Shown: positions 10,706-23,216, counted from the stretch's first letter. The stretch is 64,000 nucleotides of DNA from Desulfobacterales bacterium (GCA_963674755.2 CAXXVS010000002.1:2176001-2240000), one strand, 5' to 3'. Notes: generated from the sequence alone by a model not told the origin. A program made the numbers and translations.

Positions 10706-11305
10706 TCAGGACTCCCCTATCTGGAAACGCACAAACCGTTTGACGGAAATATTCTCGCCGATCTTGGCAATCAGCTCGTTGAGCAGGTCGGCAATCGTGA
10801 TGTCCGGATCTCGCACATAGGCCTGCTGCATCAGGCAGTTTTCTTTCAGGAACTTGTTCATTTTGCCTTCAACGATCTTTTCGATGACGTTCTCCGGCTT
10901 GCCGGTCTGTTTAGCCTGGTCCACGTAGATGGCCTTTTCACGGGCCAGGGTTTCGGCCGGCACATCCTCCGGCGAAATGCCGATGGGATTGGTGGCGGCG
11001 ATATGCATGGCGACATTCTTGGCGAACTCCTGGAAATCGTCGCTCTTGGCGACAAAATCCGTTTCGCAGTTGATTTCCACCATCACGCCCAGTTTCCCGC
11101 CGGTGTGCACATAGGGCTGTACCACGCCCTCGGTCGTGGCCCGTCCGGCCCGCTTGGCGGCCGTGGCCAGCCCTTTCTTGCGCAGGAAGTCGATGGCCTT
11201 ATCCATGTCGCCGTCGTTTTCGGTGAGCGCTTTTTTACAATCCATCATCCCGGATCCGGTCTTCTCCCGGAGTTGCTTAACCATGGCAGCTGTTATTTCT
11301 GACAT
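10706..11305 (-). CDS. tsf: Elongation factor Ts (short form)
   Basis: [16 protein letters not shown] and [10 protein letters not shown]. Confidence 0.97.
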   Translation of the reverse strand: MSEITAAMVKQLREKTGSGMMDCKKALTENDGDMDKAIDFLRKKGLATAAKRAGRATTEGVVQPYVHTGGKLGVMVEINCETDFVAKSDDFQEFAKNVAMHIAATNPIGISPEDVPAETLAREKAIYVDQAKQTGKPENVIEKIVEGKMNKFLKENCLMQQAYVRDPDITIADLLNELIAKIGENISVKRFVRFQIGES

Positions 11306-11307
11306 AC

Positions 11308-12213
11308 CTACTCTCCTGTTTTCTCTGTATCGGGGGCTTCCGTAGCGTCCGTATCGACTTCTTCGACTTCTTCGGCTTCCGGTTCCGAACGACGAATGAT
11401 TTCAACCACCGGGCCATCCGTGCCGTCCGAGATGACTTTCCGCTCACCCGGCTTCAGATCCGCGCTGCTGGGGACTTCTTCGATCACCTCATCGGTGGCC
11501 TTGTCCGCCTCGGCCTGCTGCTTTTCCAGGTAGCGCTGGTGCCCTTCGAGGCAGGCATCGGCCATACGGGAAGTCAACAGACGAATGGCACGAATCGCAT
11601 CGTCGTTGCCGGGGATGATGTAATCGATATCATCCGGATCGCAGTTGGTATCCACGACGGCCACGATCGGAATGCCCAACCGGCGCCCTTCCTTGACGGC
11701 AATGGCCTCGCATTTGGGATCGATAACAAAGATGGCGCCAGGCAGGGAGGTCATCGTGCGGATACCGCCCAGGTTGTTGTCGAGTTTGACCCGTTCCTTG
11801 CCCAGTTTCAGGCGTTCTTTTTTAGGGAAAAGATTGATCGTCCCGTCATTTTCGATCGTATTGAGGTAGTTCAGACGATCGATGCTTTGTTTGATGGTCT
11901 GGAAATTGGTCAGCATGCCGCCCAGCCAGCGGTTGTGAACGTAATACATCTCCGCCCGGTTGGCTTCTTCATAGATGGACTCGCGGGCCTGTTTTTTGGT
12001 TCCCACGAAAAGCACGGATTTGCCCTTGGCGGCCGTATCCGTGATGAAGTTGTAGGCGTCTTTGAACATGCGGACGGTCTTTTGCAGATCGACAATGTAA
12101 ATCCCGTTACGCGCGCCAAAGATATAGGGCTTCATCTTGGGGTTCCAGCGTCGCGTCTGGTGGCCGAAATGGACACCCGCCTCCAACAATTCCTTCATCG
12201 TCACATAAGCCAT
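11308..12213 (-). CDS. rpsB: 30S ribosomal protein S2
   Basis: [22 protein letters not shown]; start at 12213 has an AAGGAG RBS; acidic C-terminal tail. Confidence 0.97.
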   Translation of the reverse strand: MAYVTMKELLEAGVHFGHQTRRWNPKMKPYIFGARNGIYIVDLQKTVRMFKDAYNFITDTAAKGKSVLFVGTKKQARESIYEEANRAEMYYVHNRWLGGMLTNFQTIKQSIDRLNYLNTIENDGTINLFPKKERLKLGKERVKLDNNLGGIRTMTSLPGAIFVIDPKCEAIAVKEGRRLGIPIVAVVDTNCDPDDIDYIIPGNDDAIRAIRLLTSRMADACLEGHQRYLEKQQAEADKATDEVIEEVPSSADLKPGERKVISDGTDGPVVEIIRRSEPEAEEVEEVDTDATEAPDTEKTGE

Positions 12214-12389
12214 TGGTCTCTCCTTTAACGATTCGGTTTGGCCACCGTCCCCTTCCTCCCCGCCTCCGACTTTCAAAGAAAGCACCGGGAAGCCGGTCCG
12301 GGAACGTGTGATGTGTAATAAGGGATCAAATCCCAAAATCGAATTTCTTTAACAAAACATCCCTATAGATGCAACCGTTTTTTGTCCGG

Positions 12390-13271
12390 TCAAGCCCGCA
12401 CCATACAGGCCACCCGGTCCTGACCGGCGTAGTCCGGCCGACAAGCGATATCCCGATAAACGTGGCAGGCTTCGGCCAGCCCATGCACGGCCCGGTATTG
12501 ATCGTGTCCGATTTCGATCATCAACGCCCCACCTGGTTTCAACAGGGGGGGCACCTGCCGGATGATCGCACGCAGGCAATCCAACCCGTCGGCCCCGCCA
12601 TCGAGGGCCATGCGCGGCTCATAGCGGGCGATCTCCGGCTGCAATGCATCGATCTGCCCGGAAGGTATGTAGGGCGGATTGGACACGATAAGGTCGAAGG
12701 GCGCATGGGGGGCCTGCAGCATATCCATCCAATTCCCCGCCAACAGACCAACCCGATCCTGGAGCTGATTGCGCCGGCAATTGCGCTGGGCGATGGCCAA
12801 CGCTCCGAGGGAGCGGTCCACCGCCACCACCCGGTCTTCCGGGCAGCTATGTGCCAGGCTCAGTGCAAGGGCCCCCGAACCGGTGCCCAAATCTAGCAGC
12901 CGGCGTTCGGACCGGCCGGTGTAACGCTCTAAAAAGGCCAGGGCTGCTTCCACCACACACTCGGTTTCCGGCCGGGGGATCAGCACCTCCGGGCTCACGG
13001 CCAATTCCAGATCCCAGAACGCTTTGGTACCCGTAATGTAAGCCACCGGCTCGCGGGCCTTACGGCGTTGGACCAACGTGCGAAAGCGGTGCAGCTCTTC
13101 CGGATTAAGAGGCTGATCGTGACGCAAATAGAGATCGATCCGTGCGATGCCCAGGGCAAACGCCAGCAGGAGTTCGGCATCCAGCCGCGGACTCTCGATG
13201 GCCTGTTCTTCGAAATAGCGGGTGGTTCGCTGGAGAAGCGCGATGATGGTCCAGTTGTCAGGACGCTTCAT
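12390..13271 (-). CDS. prmC: Release factor glutamine methyltransferase
   Basis: [21 protein letters not shown]; follows prfA. Confidence 0.95.
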   Translation of the reverse strand: MKRPDNWTIIALLQRTTRYFEEQAIESPRLDAELLLAFALGIARIDLYLRHDQPLNPEELHRFRTLVQRRKAREPVAYITGTKAFWDLELAVSPEVLIPRPETECVVEAALAFLERYTGRSERRLLDLGTGSGALALSLAHSCPEDRVVAVDRSLGALAIAQRNCRRNQLQDRVGLLAGNWMDMLQAPHAPFDLIVSNPPYIPSGQIDALQPEIARYEPRMALDGGADGLDCLRAIIRQVPPLLKPGGALMIEIGHDQYRAVHGLAEACHVYRDIACRPDYAGQDRVACMVRA

Positions 13272-14325
13272 CTTGAAGGGCCTGGGCCTGGTAGTGGGAT
13301 ATCAGTTCATCGATGACGGGATCGAGAACGCCCTGCATGATTTCTTCCAGCCGGTAAAGCGTCAGCCCGATACGATGGTCGGTCACACGCCCCTGGGGAA
13401 AATTGTAGGTGCGGATGCGCCCGCTGCGGTCCCCGTCGCCAATCTGGTTCTTGCGTTCGGCCGAGCGCTTGGCATCCTGTTCGCGCACCATCTGATCCAG
13501 CAGCCGGGCCCGCAGCACTTTGAGGGCCTTGGCCTTGTTTTTGATCTGAGACTTTTCATCCTGGCAGGTCACCACCAGACCGGTGGGCAGGTGGGTGATG
13601 CGCACGGCCGAATCGGTGGTATTGACGCTCTGACCTCCCGGGCCGGTGGAGCGGTAGACATCGATCTTGAGTTCGGCGCTGTCGATTTCCACATCCACTT
13701 CTTCCGCCTCCGGCAGCACGGCCACGGTCACCGCCGAGGTATGAATGCGGCCCTGGGTCTCCGTAGTGGGAACCCGCTGGACCCGGTGGGTGCCGCTCTC
13801 ATATTTCATGCGGCTGTAGGCCCCCTGCCCCTGGACCATGGCGATAATTTCCTTGAACCCGCCCACCCCCGTGGCGTGTTCGCTCATCACCTCCACCTTC
13901 CAGCGCTGATTCTCGGCATAGCGGGCGTACATGCGGAAAAGATCGGCGGCAAAGAGGGCGGCCTCGTCTCCGCCCGTACCGGCGCGGATTTCGAGAATGA
14001 TATTCTTGTCGTCGTTGGGGTCTTTGGGAACCAGGAGTTTGTGGAGATCCACCTCCAGGGTATCACGCTTCTCGGTCAAGCGGGCGATCTCCTCCCGGGC
14101 CAGGCTTTTCATCTCAGGATCGTCATCCTGCAGCAGTTCCTGGCTTTCGGCCAAATCCGCGACCACTTGCTGATAGGCACGGAAAGCGGCCACCACCTTG
14201 CTCAACTCGGCATGCTCCCGACTGAGTTTGGTGAACGCCGCGCGATCTTTGACGACATCCGGAGCGCTCAGCGCTCTTTCGACTTCGTCAAACCGCTCCT
14301 CGACACCTTTGAGTTTATCAAACAT
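13258..14325 (-). CDS. prfA: Peptide chain release factor 1
   Basis: RVQRVPTTE (PxT anticodon mimic), GGQ motif, RTYNFPQGR. Confidence 0.97.
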   Translation of the reverse strand: MFDKLKGVEERFDEVERALSAPDVVKDRAAFTKLSREHAELSKVVAAFRAYQQVVADLAESQELLQDDDPEMKSLAREEIARLTEKRDTLEVDLHKLLVPKDPNDDKNIILEIRAGTGGDEAALFAADLFRMYARYAENQRWKVEVMSEHATGVGGFKEIIAMVQGQGAYSRMKYESGTHRVQRVPTTETQGRIHTSAVTVAVLPEAEEVDVEIDSAELKIDVYRSTGPGGQSVNTTDSAVRITHLPTGLVVTCQDEKSQIKNKAKALKVLRARLLDQMVREQDAKRSAERKNQIGDGDRSGRIRTYNFPQGRVTDHRIGLTLYRLEEIMQGVLDPVIDELISHYQAQALQDEAS

Positions 14326-14529
14326 AACGCCTCTGCAAGCGCAACCCGCGCATGGCCAGCCGGTTCAGGGCCGGTCGGCGGTCATGTCGCTGAAATGCTT
14401 GCGCTGTTCACGGGGTGGAACGCACCGGACACCACAGCAGGTACAGCAAACCCCGTCCGATGCATGCTATCCGGCCGGGGCGTCTTATGCCCTGCTGTCC
14501 GAAAGTGGGCAGGCAAACCTGTGGAAGCG

Positions 14530-14745
14530 CTACTTTTGGGGCTTCTGGAACTTTTCGTATTTTTTGCGGAACCGTTCGATGCGGCCGGCCGTGTCGACCA
14601 GCTTTTGTTTGCCGGTAAAAAACGGGTGGCACTGGGAACAAATTTCCACGGTGATGTCTTTCCGGGTCGAACCGACTTCGAATTCGGCGCCGCAATGGCA
14701 TGTAATTTTGGTCGGCTGGTAATCCGGATGAATGTCTTTTTTCAT
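14530..14745 (-). CDS. rpmE: 50S ribosomal protein L31 (Zn-binding form)
   Basis: MKKDIHP, CHC and [10 protein letters not shown]. Confidence 0.97.
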   Translation of the reverse strand: MKKDIHPDYQPTKITCHCGAEFEVGSTRKDITVEICSQCHPFFTGKQKLVDTAGRIERFRKKYEKFQKPQK

Positions 14746-14776
14746 GGTGAACCTTTTACCTCCGAATATTTTAAGA

Positions 14777-16024
14777 CTAAGCGTTCATCGATCTGAGAAA
14801 GTCCTTATTATCCGACGTCCCGCCCATTTTTTCAAGTAAAAATTCCATACTGTCCACCGGATTGAGGGAAACCAGCAGTTTGCGCAGGATCCAGACCCGG
14901 TTGAGGGTCTCTTCGTCCAGCAGGAGCTCTTCCTTGCGGGTACCGGACTTCTTGATGTCGATGGCCGGAAAGACCCGTTTGTCGGCCAGGCGCCGGTCAA
15001 GCACCAGTTCCATGTTGCCGGTGCCCTTGAATTCCTCGAAAATGACCTCGTCCATACGGCTTCCGGTGTCGATCAGGGCCGTGGCGATAATGGTCAGGCT
15101 GCCCCCCTCCTCGATGTTGCGGGCGGCGCCGAAAAACCGTTTGGGGCGCTGCAGCGCGTTGGAATCCACACCGCCGGAGAGAATCTTGCCGCTGGGCGGC
15201 ACCACCGAGTTATAGGCCCGCGCCAGACGCGTAATGCTGTCCAGCAGGATAACGACATCCTTCTTGTGCTCCACCAGCCGTTTGGCTTTTTCGATCACCA
15301 TCTCGGCCACCTGGACATGGCGTTCGGCCGGCTCGTCAAAGGTGGAGCTGATCACCTCCGCGTCCACCGAGCGGTCCATGTCCGTGACTTCCTCCGGCCG
15401 TTCGTCGATCAGCAGCACAAACGGAACCACGTTTTTATGGCTGGCAATGATGCTGTTGGCAATGTTCTGAAGGAGCATGGTTTTACCGGTGCGGGGCGGC
15501 GACACGATCAGGCCGCGCTGTCCGAAACCGATGGGCGTCATCAGGTCCATGACGCGCGTGGAATAGTTGTCCGCCGCCGTTTCGAGATTGACCTTGCGTT
15601 CCGGGTAAAGGGGCGTGAGGTTGTCGAAAAGGATCTTTTCGCGGGCCACTTCCGGGTCTTCGTAGTTGACGGCTTCGACCTTGAGAAGGGCGAAATAGCG
15701 CTCCGACTCCTTGGGCTGCCGGATCTGCCCGGATACGGTATCCCCCGTGCGCAGGTTGAAACGCCGGATCTGGGAGGGCGACACGTAGATGTCGTCCGGA
15801 CCGGGCAGGTAATTGTAACCGGGGGAGCGCAGAAATCCAAATCCGTCCGGCAGGATCTCCAGCGTTCCGACGCCATAGATCGACCCGTTTTTTTCGATCT
15901 GGGCCTGCAGCAGCGCAAAGATCAATTCCTGTTTGCGCATGCCGGCTGCCCCTTCGATTTTGAATTCCTTCGCCATCAGGGTCAGCTCATTAATCTTTTT
16001 CTCCTTCAGTTCACTGATATTCAT
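14777..16024 (-). CDS. rho: Transcription termination factor Rho
   Basis: [39 protein letters not shown]. Confidence 0.98.
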   Translation of the reverse strand: MNISELKEKKINELTLMAKEFKIEGAAGMRKQELIFALLQAQIEKNGSIYGVGTLEILPDGFGFLRSPGYNYLPGPDDIYVSPSQIRRFNLRTGDTVSGQIRQPKESERYFALLKVEAVNYEDPEVAREKILFDNLTPLYPERKVNLETAADNYSTRVMDLMTPIGFGQRGLIVSPPRTGKTMLLQNIANSIIASHKNVVPFVLLIDERPEEVTDMDRSVDAEVISSTFDEPAERHVQVAEMVIEKAKRLVEHKKDVVILLDSITRLARAYNSVVPPSGKILSGGVDSNALQRPKRFFGAARNIEEGGSLTIIATALIDTGSRMDEVIFEEFKGTGNMELVLDRRLADKRVFPAIDIKKSGTRKEELLLDEETLNRVWILRKLLVSLNPVDSMEFLLEKMGGTSDNKDFLRSMNA

Positions 16025-16340
16025 GCAAATGCCACTCCGTTGAAGTAATAAAATACAGAGACACCCGTCTAAATCTTATTTTATCAGCACATGCCGGAAC
16101 TCGATCTATATCGGAAAAATGGACTGCGGGGGGTCAGACCGCCAAACGCAAAGCGGCCTTTCAAGGCACTATGGTCAATCAAGCTCTGGATTTTTAGTAT
16201 TCGTTATTTAGGTGTTTCTCTACTAAGATGTAATGATGAACAGGATCCTTGTTGGTTGTATTGGAGGAATAGATGTTTCAGATTATTTTGGATATGGAAT
16301 CACAAAAAAGGCGGGCCCCGTGCCTTTAATCACATGCCAA

Positions 16341-16367
16341 ATTATAGCATCACATGGATGCTGTCAA
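16341..16367 (-). promoter_or_regulatory. Probable sigma70 promoter of rho
   Basis: Minus strand TTGACA-N15-TATAAT with TG upstream of the -10; implies a ~310-nt leader. Confidence 0.6.
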
Positions 16368-16534
16368 GGGTTTTTCCTTTTTGCGGCGGGCATTTTAGCT
16401 TGCTTTTCAACGGCCCGCCCGCTTTATAGAAAGCAGCCCGCGGCATGCGCGGCGACCCGCCAGGGCGGGTCCCCTCAATCCGCCTCGGCCGGGTGGAAAT
16501 GGCCGCCTTCCCAAAAAACGCAAGGATTGACCCT

Positions 16535-17959
16535 ATGACACACTTGCCGTTGCCCGGCGATTTTTTGGCGACCCTGCCTGCGACACCAGGGGCCTACCTC
16601 GTGGGGGGAACCGTGCGCGACCTGCTGATGAAACGCCGTCCCACCGATATCGATATCGTCGTGGAGGGCAGCGCCGCCGCCTTCGCCCGGACCCTGGCCG
16701 AACGGGTCGGGGCACGGGTGGTGCCCATGGGCAAGGCCGACCTGACCACCTATCGCGTCACCTCGCGCCAGGTCTTGATCGACGTCACCGCCGTGACGGG
16801 CCCGTCCCTGGAAAACGACTTGCGGCGGCGGGATTTCACCGTCAATGCCATGGCCTGTCGTCTCCACGATCATCGTCTGGTTGACATCATGGGCGGCCGC
16901 CGGGACATCGAGACCCGCCGCATCCGGATGGTTTCCGAAAAAGCCTTTGTCCATGACCCCCTGCGGCTGCTGCGGGCCTTTCGCATGGCCGCCGTCCTCG
17001 ATTTCACCATTGAACCTGATACCCTCGCGGCCATCCAGCGCCACGGGCATCGCATCCACCAGCCGGCCGGCGAGCGCCTCGGCACCGAGTTTGTCCGGCT
17101 GCTGACCTGCCCGTCATCGACCGGACAGATCCTGGCCATGTCGGCAAGCGGCCTGCTGACCCATCTGATTCCGGAAATGCAACCCATGCGGGACTGCCGC
17201 CAAAACCGCCATCACGATTTCGATGTCTATACCCATACCCTGGAGGCCTTCGCGGCCCTCGAAACCTGCCTGCAGACGGCCGACCGTATCTCAGCCGCCT
17301 TGGGACGACGCTATCGCCAGGCGCCCTACCGCAGGAAAACCCCGGCCATCCTGAAATATGCGATCCTGCTGCACGACATCGGCAAACCCCCCACCCGGCA
17401 GACGGACGCCGAAGGCGATGTGCATTTCTACGGCCACGCCCAACGCAGTACGGAGCTGGCGGAAGCCGTTCACGCACGGCTGCGTTTCTCCAACGAGGAA
17501 GCCGCCCAGGCCCGGGCGATTATCCTCAACCACGACCGTCCCATGAACCTTCTGACAGCCCACAAGGCGCAAACCTTACGCCCCAAGGGCATCAACCGCC
17601 TCTATCGGGATTGCGATCCCTGGACGCCGGAAGTGCTGCTGCACGCCCTGGGCGACACGATGGGAAAAAAGCGAACACCCGATAGCGCCGTAGCAACCAC
17701 GCTGCACTTCATCCGCAGCCTGATCGACGACTACTTCCATCGCTACCGTCCCCTGGCCCAAGGCCGGCCCCTGGTGGGCGGCCGGGACCTGATGCACCAT
17801 TTCGATCTCCAGCCTTCCCCTCTTGTGGGCGAACTCCTGCAGGCCATCGAAGAAGAGCGCCTGGCCGGCCGCATCACCACCCGGGCCGACGCCATGGCGC
17901 ATGCGGCCGCCTGCCTGGCCCGCATCAGCCGGCCCGCCGCTCCTCCCGACGACCGGTGA
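16535..17959 (+). CDS. CCA-adding/poly(A) polymerase-family nucleotidyltransferase with HD domain
   Basis: VGGTVRD, DID, DLRRRDFTVNA, DPLRLLRAFR and LLHDIGK motifs. Confidence 0.9.
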   Translation: MTHLPLPGDFLATLPATPGAYLVGGTVRDLLMKRRPTDIDIVVEGSAAAFARTLAERVGARVVPMGKADLTTYRVTSRQVLIDVTAVTGPSLENDLRRRDFTVNAMACRLHDHRLVDIMGGRRDIETRRIRMVSEKAFVHDPLRLLRAFRMAAVLDFTIEPDTLAAIQRHGHRIHQPAGERLGTEFVRLLTCPSSTGQILAMSASGLLTHLIPEMQPMRDCRQNRHHDFDVYTHTLEAFAALETCLQTADRISAALGRRYRQAPYRRKTPAILKYAILLHDIGKPPTRQTDAEGDVHFYGHAQRSTELAEAVHARLRFSNEEAAQARAIILNHDRPMNLLTAHKAQTLRPKGINRLYRDCDPWTPEVLLHALGDTMGKKRTPDSAVATTLHFIRSLIDDYFHRYRPLAQGRPLVGGRDLMHHFDLQPSPLVGELLQAIEEERLAGRITTRADAMAHAAACLARISRPAAPPDDR

Positions 17960-17987
17960 GGGCGCTTCCCCTTTGCCTGCCCGCCAT

Positions 17988-18019
17988 AAAAAAATCCCGC
18001 CGGGCGGACCCGGCGGGAT
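17988..18019 (-). terminator. Intrinsic terminator of adk
   Basis: ATCCCGCCGGG-CGGA-CCCGGCGGGAT hairpin followed by a T-tract on the minus strand. Confidence 0.8.
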
Positions 18020-18044
18020 CAAGTAAGCTTGGGGCATGGAGAAA

Positions 18045-18722
<678 letters not shown>

Positions 18723-18874
18723 TCAGTGTGAAGTTGGGGGATGTCCCTCCATATAAAAAGGTCTTGCAAAAAAACCGCATCCGGCGGCTTTATCGTCGAT
18801 TCAAGCCGAAGCCCCAACAGGGCGATAAAGGCGGCAACAAAACGCCGCAGGATGGCAAATGCCACTGTACCCAC

Positions 18875-19005
18875 GACGATTTCGTAAAACGTTCAAGATC
18901 AAGGCGTACAAGGTCCGCGGAATACCGCAAACGCGGGAACCGAAGGCGGCGCACAACGCCGATACTTGTCCGCCTTCGGCGGATCGGGCTGCTTACGAAA
19001 CCGTC
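18875..19005. repeat. Structured inverted-repeat element, copy B
   Basis: Ends GACGATTTCGTAA/TTACGAAACCGTC; core CAAGGCG...GGAATA...CCGA...GCACAACGC; nested CCGCCTTCGGCGG mini-hairpin. Confidence 0.7.
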
Positions 19006-19135
19006 GCATAATTGCGCAAAGCCCTATGTCTGTCAAGATCTGGTTTGGCGCCCGGCGGCCCCTCCCGGTCGGGCCTGGCCGGGCGGCACTCTTGAGATAG
19101 GGTGGCAGAATGATTAAAGTACCTTGTAAAATAAC

Positions 19136-19164
19136 TTGCCAAGGACCGATGTTTCCAGTATAAA
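19136..19164 (+). promoter_or_regulatory. Probable sigma70 promoter of rpsU
   Basis: TTGCCA-N17-TATAAA. Confidence 0.5.
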
Positions 19165-19241
19165 TCTTTTTTCTTTTTTGAGACTATAAAAAACACTGGG
19201 GAGTAAGATAAAGACCCGGTGGCCGGAAGGGGGCGAGGCAT

Positions 19242-19445
19242 TTGAAGGAAATCGCAGTCAAAGTTTATGACAACGACATTGAAAAAGCGATGCGCATTCT
19301 GAAGAAAAAAATTCAGAACGACGGCCTGTTCAAACGGCTCAAGCTTAAAAAAAGCTATGAAAAGCCGAGTGAATTCCGACGCCGCAAGCAGCGCGAGGCC
19401 CTGCGCCGCGAACGTATCGCAGCCGCCCGCCGCTACCGACGTTAG
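19242..19445 (+). CDS. rpsU: 30S ribosomal protein S21
   Basis: IEKAMRILKKK...YEKPSEFRRRK; TTG start. Confidence 0.93.
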   Translation: MKEIAVKVYDNDIEKAMRILKKKIQNDGLFKRLKLKKSYEKPSEFRRRKQREALRRERIAAARRYRR

Positions 19446-19461
19446 TCATTCCCGCGTCATC

Positions 19462-19494
19462 AAAACCCGGCAGCCGCGGCTGCCGGGTTTTTTT
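19462..19494 (+). terminator. Intrinsic terminator of rpsU
   Basis: AAAACCCGGCAGCCGCGGCTGCCGGGTTTTTTT. Confidence 0.85.
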
Positions 19495-19511
19495 GTGGAA
19501 GGAATCGTCTG

Positions 19512-20792
19512 ATGGAATCCTACGCGCAGTGCCTCAAGACCATGTTCAGCCTCCATCGCTTCGGCATCAAGTTGGGGCTGGATATCATCACCCAGATCCT
19601 GACAGGCCTCGGCAATCCCCAGAGCGCTTATCGCACCATCCATATCGCCGGCACCAACGGCAAGGGCTCCGTGGCCTCCATGCTCACCGGCATGCTGCAG
19701 GCCGCCGGCTACTCCGTGGGGCTTTACACCTCCCCGCATCTGGTGCATTTCAACGAACGCATCCGCATCAACGGCCGTCCGGTGAGCGATGCCGAAATCG
19801 TGGACAGCTACCGGGCTATCCGCAAGGTGCAACAGGGCGACCGCGAGCCCACCTTTTTCGAGTTCACCACGGCCATGGCGCTCCACCTTTTTAAACAGCA
19901 CAAGGTGGACTGGGCCGTGATCGAAACCGGCATGGGCGGCCGCCTGGACGCCACCAATGTGCTGACGCCGGAACTGAGCATCATCACCAACATCTCGCTG
20001 GAGCACAAAAGCTACCTGGGCAACACCATCGCCACCATCACCTATGAAAAAGCCGGCATCATCAAGCCCCAGACCCCGGTCATCACCGGCGTGCACCAAC
20101 CCTCGGCCGTAGCCGTGGTCACAGAGCGCGCCGCCAAGCTCAAGGCCCCCTGCTACCGCATGGGCCACGATTTCCGCTGCCGCCGCCTGCCCTCGTGCGC
20201 TTTCCACTACACGGGTATCGACCACCGCTGGCGCAATCTCGCCACCAACCTGCTGGGCCGCCACCAGGTGGACAATGCCGGCCTGGCCCTGGCCGCCGCC
20301 GAAGTGCTCATGCGCAAGGGTGTCGCCATCGATGAAACCCATGTGCGCCACGCCCTCACCCATACCGCCTGGCCCGGCCGCCTGGAGACGGTCTGCCAAG
20401 AGCCCCTGATTATTTTGGACGGGGCCCACAACCTCGCAGCCGCCCGCAACCTGAGCCGCTATCTGGAAGAAACCTACCCGGATCGGGATATCATCATGGT
20501 GGCCGGCATCCTGGACGACAAGCCCGCCCAGGAGATGCTCGCCGCCCTGTTGCCCGTCTGTCGCCGCGCCGTGATCACCTCCCCCACCATCGGCCGCGCC
20601 ATCCCGGCCGAGGAGCTGGCCCCCATCGCCAAAACGTTTGTCGATGAAGTGGACGAGATCCCCACCGTGGACCGCGCCGTGGCCCGGGCCCTGCAAATCG
20701 TGGAGAGCGGTCAGGTCATCGTGATTGCCGGGTCGCTGTATGTGGTGGGTGAGGCCTTGAAAACGCTTCAGGAAATGGGGTTAGCGAAATAA
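19512..20792 (+). CDS. folC: Folylpolyglutamate/dihydrofolate synthase
   Basis: HIAGTNGKGS, YTSPHL, ETGMGGRLDATNV, WPGRLE, DGAHN, GSLYVVG. Confidence 0.95.
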   Translation: MESYAQCLKTMFSLHRFGIKLGLDIITQILTGLGNPQSAYRTIHIAGTNGKGSVASMLTGMLQAAGYSVGLYTSPHLVHFNERIRINGRPVSDAEIVDSYRAIRKVQQGDREPTFFEFTTAMALHLFKQHKVDWAVIETGMGGRLDATNVLTPELSIITNISLEHKSYLGNTIATITYEKAGIIKPQTPVITGVHQPSAVAVVTERAAKLKAPCYRMGHDFRCRRLPSCAFHYTGIDHRWRNLATNLLGRHQVDNAGLALAAAEVLMRKGVAIDETHVRHALTHTAWPGRLETVCQEPLIILDGAHNLAAARNLSRYLEETYPDRDIIMVAGILDDKPAQEMLAALLPVCRRAVITSPTIGRAIPAEELAPIAKTFVDEVDEIPTVDRAVARALQIVESGQVIVIAGSLYVVGEALKTLQEMGLAK

Positions 20793-20882
20793 GGCCGGCA
20801 CCCAGGGCAGCCTTCTGGCTGAACACTCAAGTGGCAGGTTGACAACGCTGATGAATTGCCATAATTGGAATTGCACAATTTC

Positions 20883-20958
20883 GCGCCCGTAGTCCAGGGG
20901 ATAGGACGTCAGCCTCCGGAGCTGAAGATCGCAGGTTCGAATCCTGCCGGGCGTACCA
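20883..20958 (+). tRNA. tRNA-Arg(CCG)
   Basis: 76-nt cloverleaf: acceptor GCGCCCG/CGGGCGT, anticodon arm TCAGC-CTCCGGA-GCTGA, GGTTCGAATCC T-arm, encoded CCA; TTGACA...CATAAT upstream. Confidence 0.97.
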
Positions 20959-20967
20959 AATAAAAAC

Positions 20968-20999
20968 AAAGGGTTAGCGGATTTTCGCTAGCCCTTTTT
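20968..20999 (+). terminator. Hairpin/terminator after the tRNA
   Basis: AAAGGGTTAGCG-GATTTT-CGCTAGCCCTTTTT. Confidence 0.7.
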
Positions 21000-21042
21000 A
21001 CTTCAACAATTATCTTGCTGATAAAAACATAAGGGGCGGCAA

Positions 21043-21876
21043 ATGAAACACCACGAAGGATATTTTAAAAGTATCCGTGATACCAATATTTATTATCAAT
21101 ATTGGTTGCCTGAAGGTGAGCCCAAAGCCATCCTATTAGTTGCCCATGGGATAGCAGAGCACAGCGGGCGATACATGAATGTTGTCAACCATTTTGTTCC
21201 CGCTGGCTATGCTGTGTATGGGGTCGATCACATCGGACATGGTAAATCAGATGGTAAGAGAGTTTGCGTGGAACGATTTCAAGATTTCACAAAAACTTTT
21301 AAGAAATTTTTTGACATGATTCGGGGCTGGCAGCCTATAAAACCGATATTTCTGGTCGGGCATAGTATGGGGGGATTGATTAGTGCCGCATACCTTTTGA
21401 AGCACCAGGATGAATTAACAGGCGTTGTTTTTTCTGGGCCAGGGATAAAGGTGCCCGAAAATATATCGAACGCCGTTATTTTCGCAGGAAAAATATTATC
21501 GGTCGTAATGCCCAAGGCAGGAATCATTCAATTAGATGCGGAAGGCATCTGTCGAGATCCGGCAGTGGTAGATGCATACCTCAATGACCCGTTGGTTTAT
21601 ACAGGTAAAATTACCGCGAGACTATCTGCAGAAATGCTTAAGACAATTCAGCATGTGACAGGGTCTGCGATAAAGATAAGATTACCCATAATGATTGTGC
21701 AGGGGGGAAGTGATAAATTAGTTGATCCGAGTGGTGCTCAGTTGCTCTATGACTCGGTAAGCTCAGAGGATAAAAAGATCAAAATTTATGACGGTTTATA
21801 TCATGAAGTATTCAATGAACCAGAACATGGGCAGGTGTTGGACGATGTCAAAGTTTGGATAGACTCCCATTTATAG
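21043..21876 (+). CDS. Alpha/beta hydrolase (lysophospholipase/monoacylglycerol lipase family)
   Basis: HGIAEHSGRY, GHG, GHSMGG nucleophile elbow, YHEVFNE. Confidence 0.9.
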   Translation: MKHHEGYFKSIRDTNIYYQYWLPEGEPKAILLVAHGIAEHSGRYMNVVNHFVPAGYAVYGVDHIGHGKSDGKRVCVERFQDFTKTFKKFFDMIRGWQPIKPIFLVGHSMGGLISAAYLLKHQDELTGVVFSGPGIKVPENISNAVIFAGKILSVVMPKAGIIQLDAEGICRDPAVVDAYLNDPLVYTGKITARLSAEMLKTIQHVTGSAIKIRLPIMIVQGGSDKLVDPSGAQLLYDSVSSEDKKIKIYDGLYHEVFNEPEHGQVLDDVKVWIDSHL

Positions 21877-22193
21877 GTATGTGTGGAAGATGGGCTACTG
21901 GTAAACTGCCTCGAAGCGGTTTCGTTATCTCCAACCTATTTGAAAATGCGACGGACGCCAGTTAGCCGCTATGCCCCCGCACTAATAACAGGTATGAAGC
22001 TCAGAGGTCTGCGGTGGATTATCTCAATATATCAGAAATTTCGTGATTGTTTCAGATCACAATATTTAGGGGTTCTATTCGATCTAAGAATACTCAAAAT
22101 TGTTCAATTTTTACATCGAAATATATCGATAAGTCAAAATCTGACGACGTTTATTAAAATCGATATCATGGGAAATACTTCCATCTAATAACA

Positions 22194-23216
22194 ATGCAGA
22201 AAAGAATGGCCATAGTAAATAATAGAAATATCGGTATAGATCTTCTCAGGGGCATATGCATGGTTTATATAGTTGGTTTTTGGCACATGATAGGTTATAC
22301 GAAAGCAATACAAAACTATAAGAATATTATCACCTACAGATTAACTTGGGTCATTCTTGCTACGTTTGTTTTTGTATCAGGTTATTTCATAGGGAAAAAT
22401 TCTATTGAGTTACATAAGCAGACATTAATATCATTTTATTTAAAAAAGGTAATGAGAATATATCCACTATATTTTTTATCAATACTGGTATTTACATATT
22501 TTGGATTGTCCGACTTTAAAACTTCAATAAAAGCATTTTTTTTAGTTTCAATGTTTGTTAAACCTTCGCCACCAACTTTATGGTTTATCACTATGATAAT
22601 GTTTTTTTATGTCATATCTCCATTTTTGATATTCGTTTGTAAAAATATTAAAAAAATAAAAATAATAGTCATCTATCTCATTGTGTCTTTACTGCTTATG
22701 CTATATTATTATTTTACAAAACTACTTGACTTAAGATTTATAGTGTACCTGCCAGCATTTATTTTTGGGATATTTGTTGCTGTTAATGATGAACAATCGA
22801 TTAGTACTAAATTAGTTATATTAGCATCTGTTGTCGGCGCATTAATTTCCTTTTTTCTTAATACTCCGCATAAACAACTAAATATGTTATTCTCAACATT
22901 GCTGGTAACCTCAGCCTCATTTTTTCTTTTTAATGTGTTCCGTAAAATGAGTTTCAAAAATACTAAAATCATGGCCTCTATTATTTTATTAAGCTATTCA
23001 AGCTACTGCATGTATCTGTTTCATCGCCCGATTTATATTATTCTTAAGAAATTATATTTCCCGAACTCACTTTTCCTACAATTATTATATCTTATCGTAA
23101 TTGGTTTGCCTTGCATCTTTATACTCTCTCTTTATTTACAAAAATTCTATGATAAATCAAATAGAATGTTAACAAATCACTATAATCTGGACGCCCCAAA
23201 AATAGCACGTCGTTGA
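22194..23216 (+). CDS. Acyltransferase_3 (OafA/YrhL-like) membrane O-acyltransferase
   Basis: IDLLRG, FVFVSGY, RIYPLY, LWF, SYCMYLFH; very AT-rich. Confidence 0.85.
   Translation: MQKRMAIVNNRNIGIDLLRGICMVYIVGFWHMIGYTKAIQNYKNIITYRLTWVILATFVFVSGYFIGKNSIELHKQTLISFYLKKVMRIYPLYFLSILVFTYFGLSDFKTSIKAFFLVSMFVKPSPPTLWFITMIMFFYVISPFLIFVCKNIKKIKIIVIYLIVSLLLMLYYYFTKLLDLRFIVYLPAFIFGIFVAVNDEQSISTKLVILASVVGALISFFLNTPHKQLNMLFSTLLVTSASFFLFNVFRKMSFKNTKIMASIILLSYSSYCMYLFHRPIYIILKKLYFPNSLFLQLLYLIVIGLPCIFILSLYLQKFYDKSNRMLTNHYNLDAPKIARR

Noticed and set aside
13222..14796. 524-aa plus-strand ORF
   Set aside because: Antisense to prfA and rpmE; shadow ORF
19446..20696. 416-aa minus-strand ORF
   Set aside because: Antisense to folC
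21883..22188. 101-aa ORF and a short CCAAC...GTTAGCC segment as attC
   Set aside because: No domain, and the segment is too short and unpaired for attC
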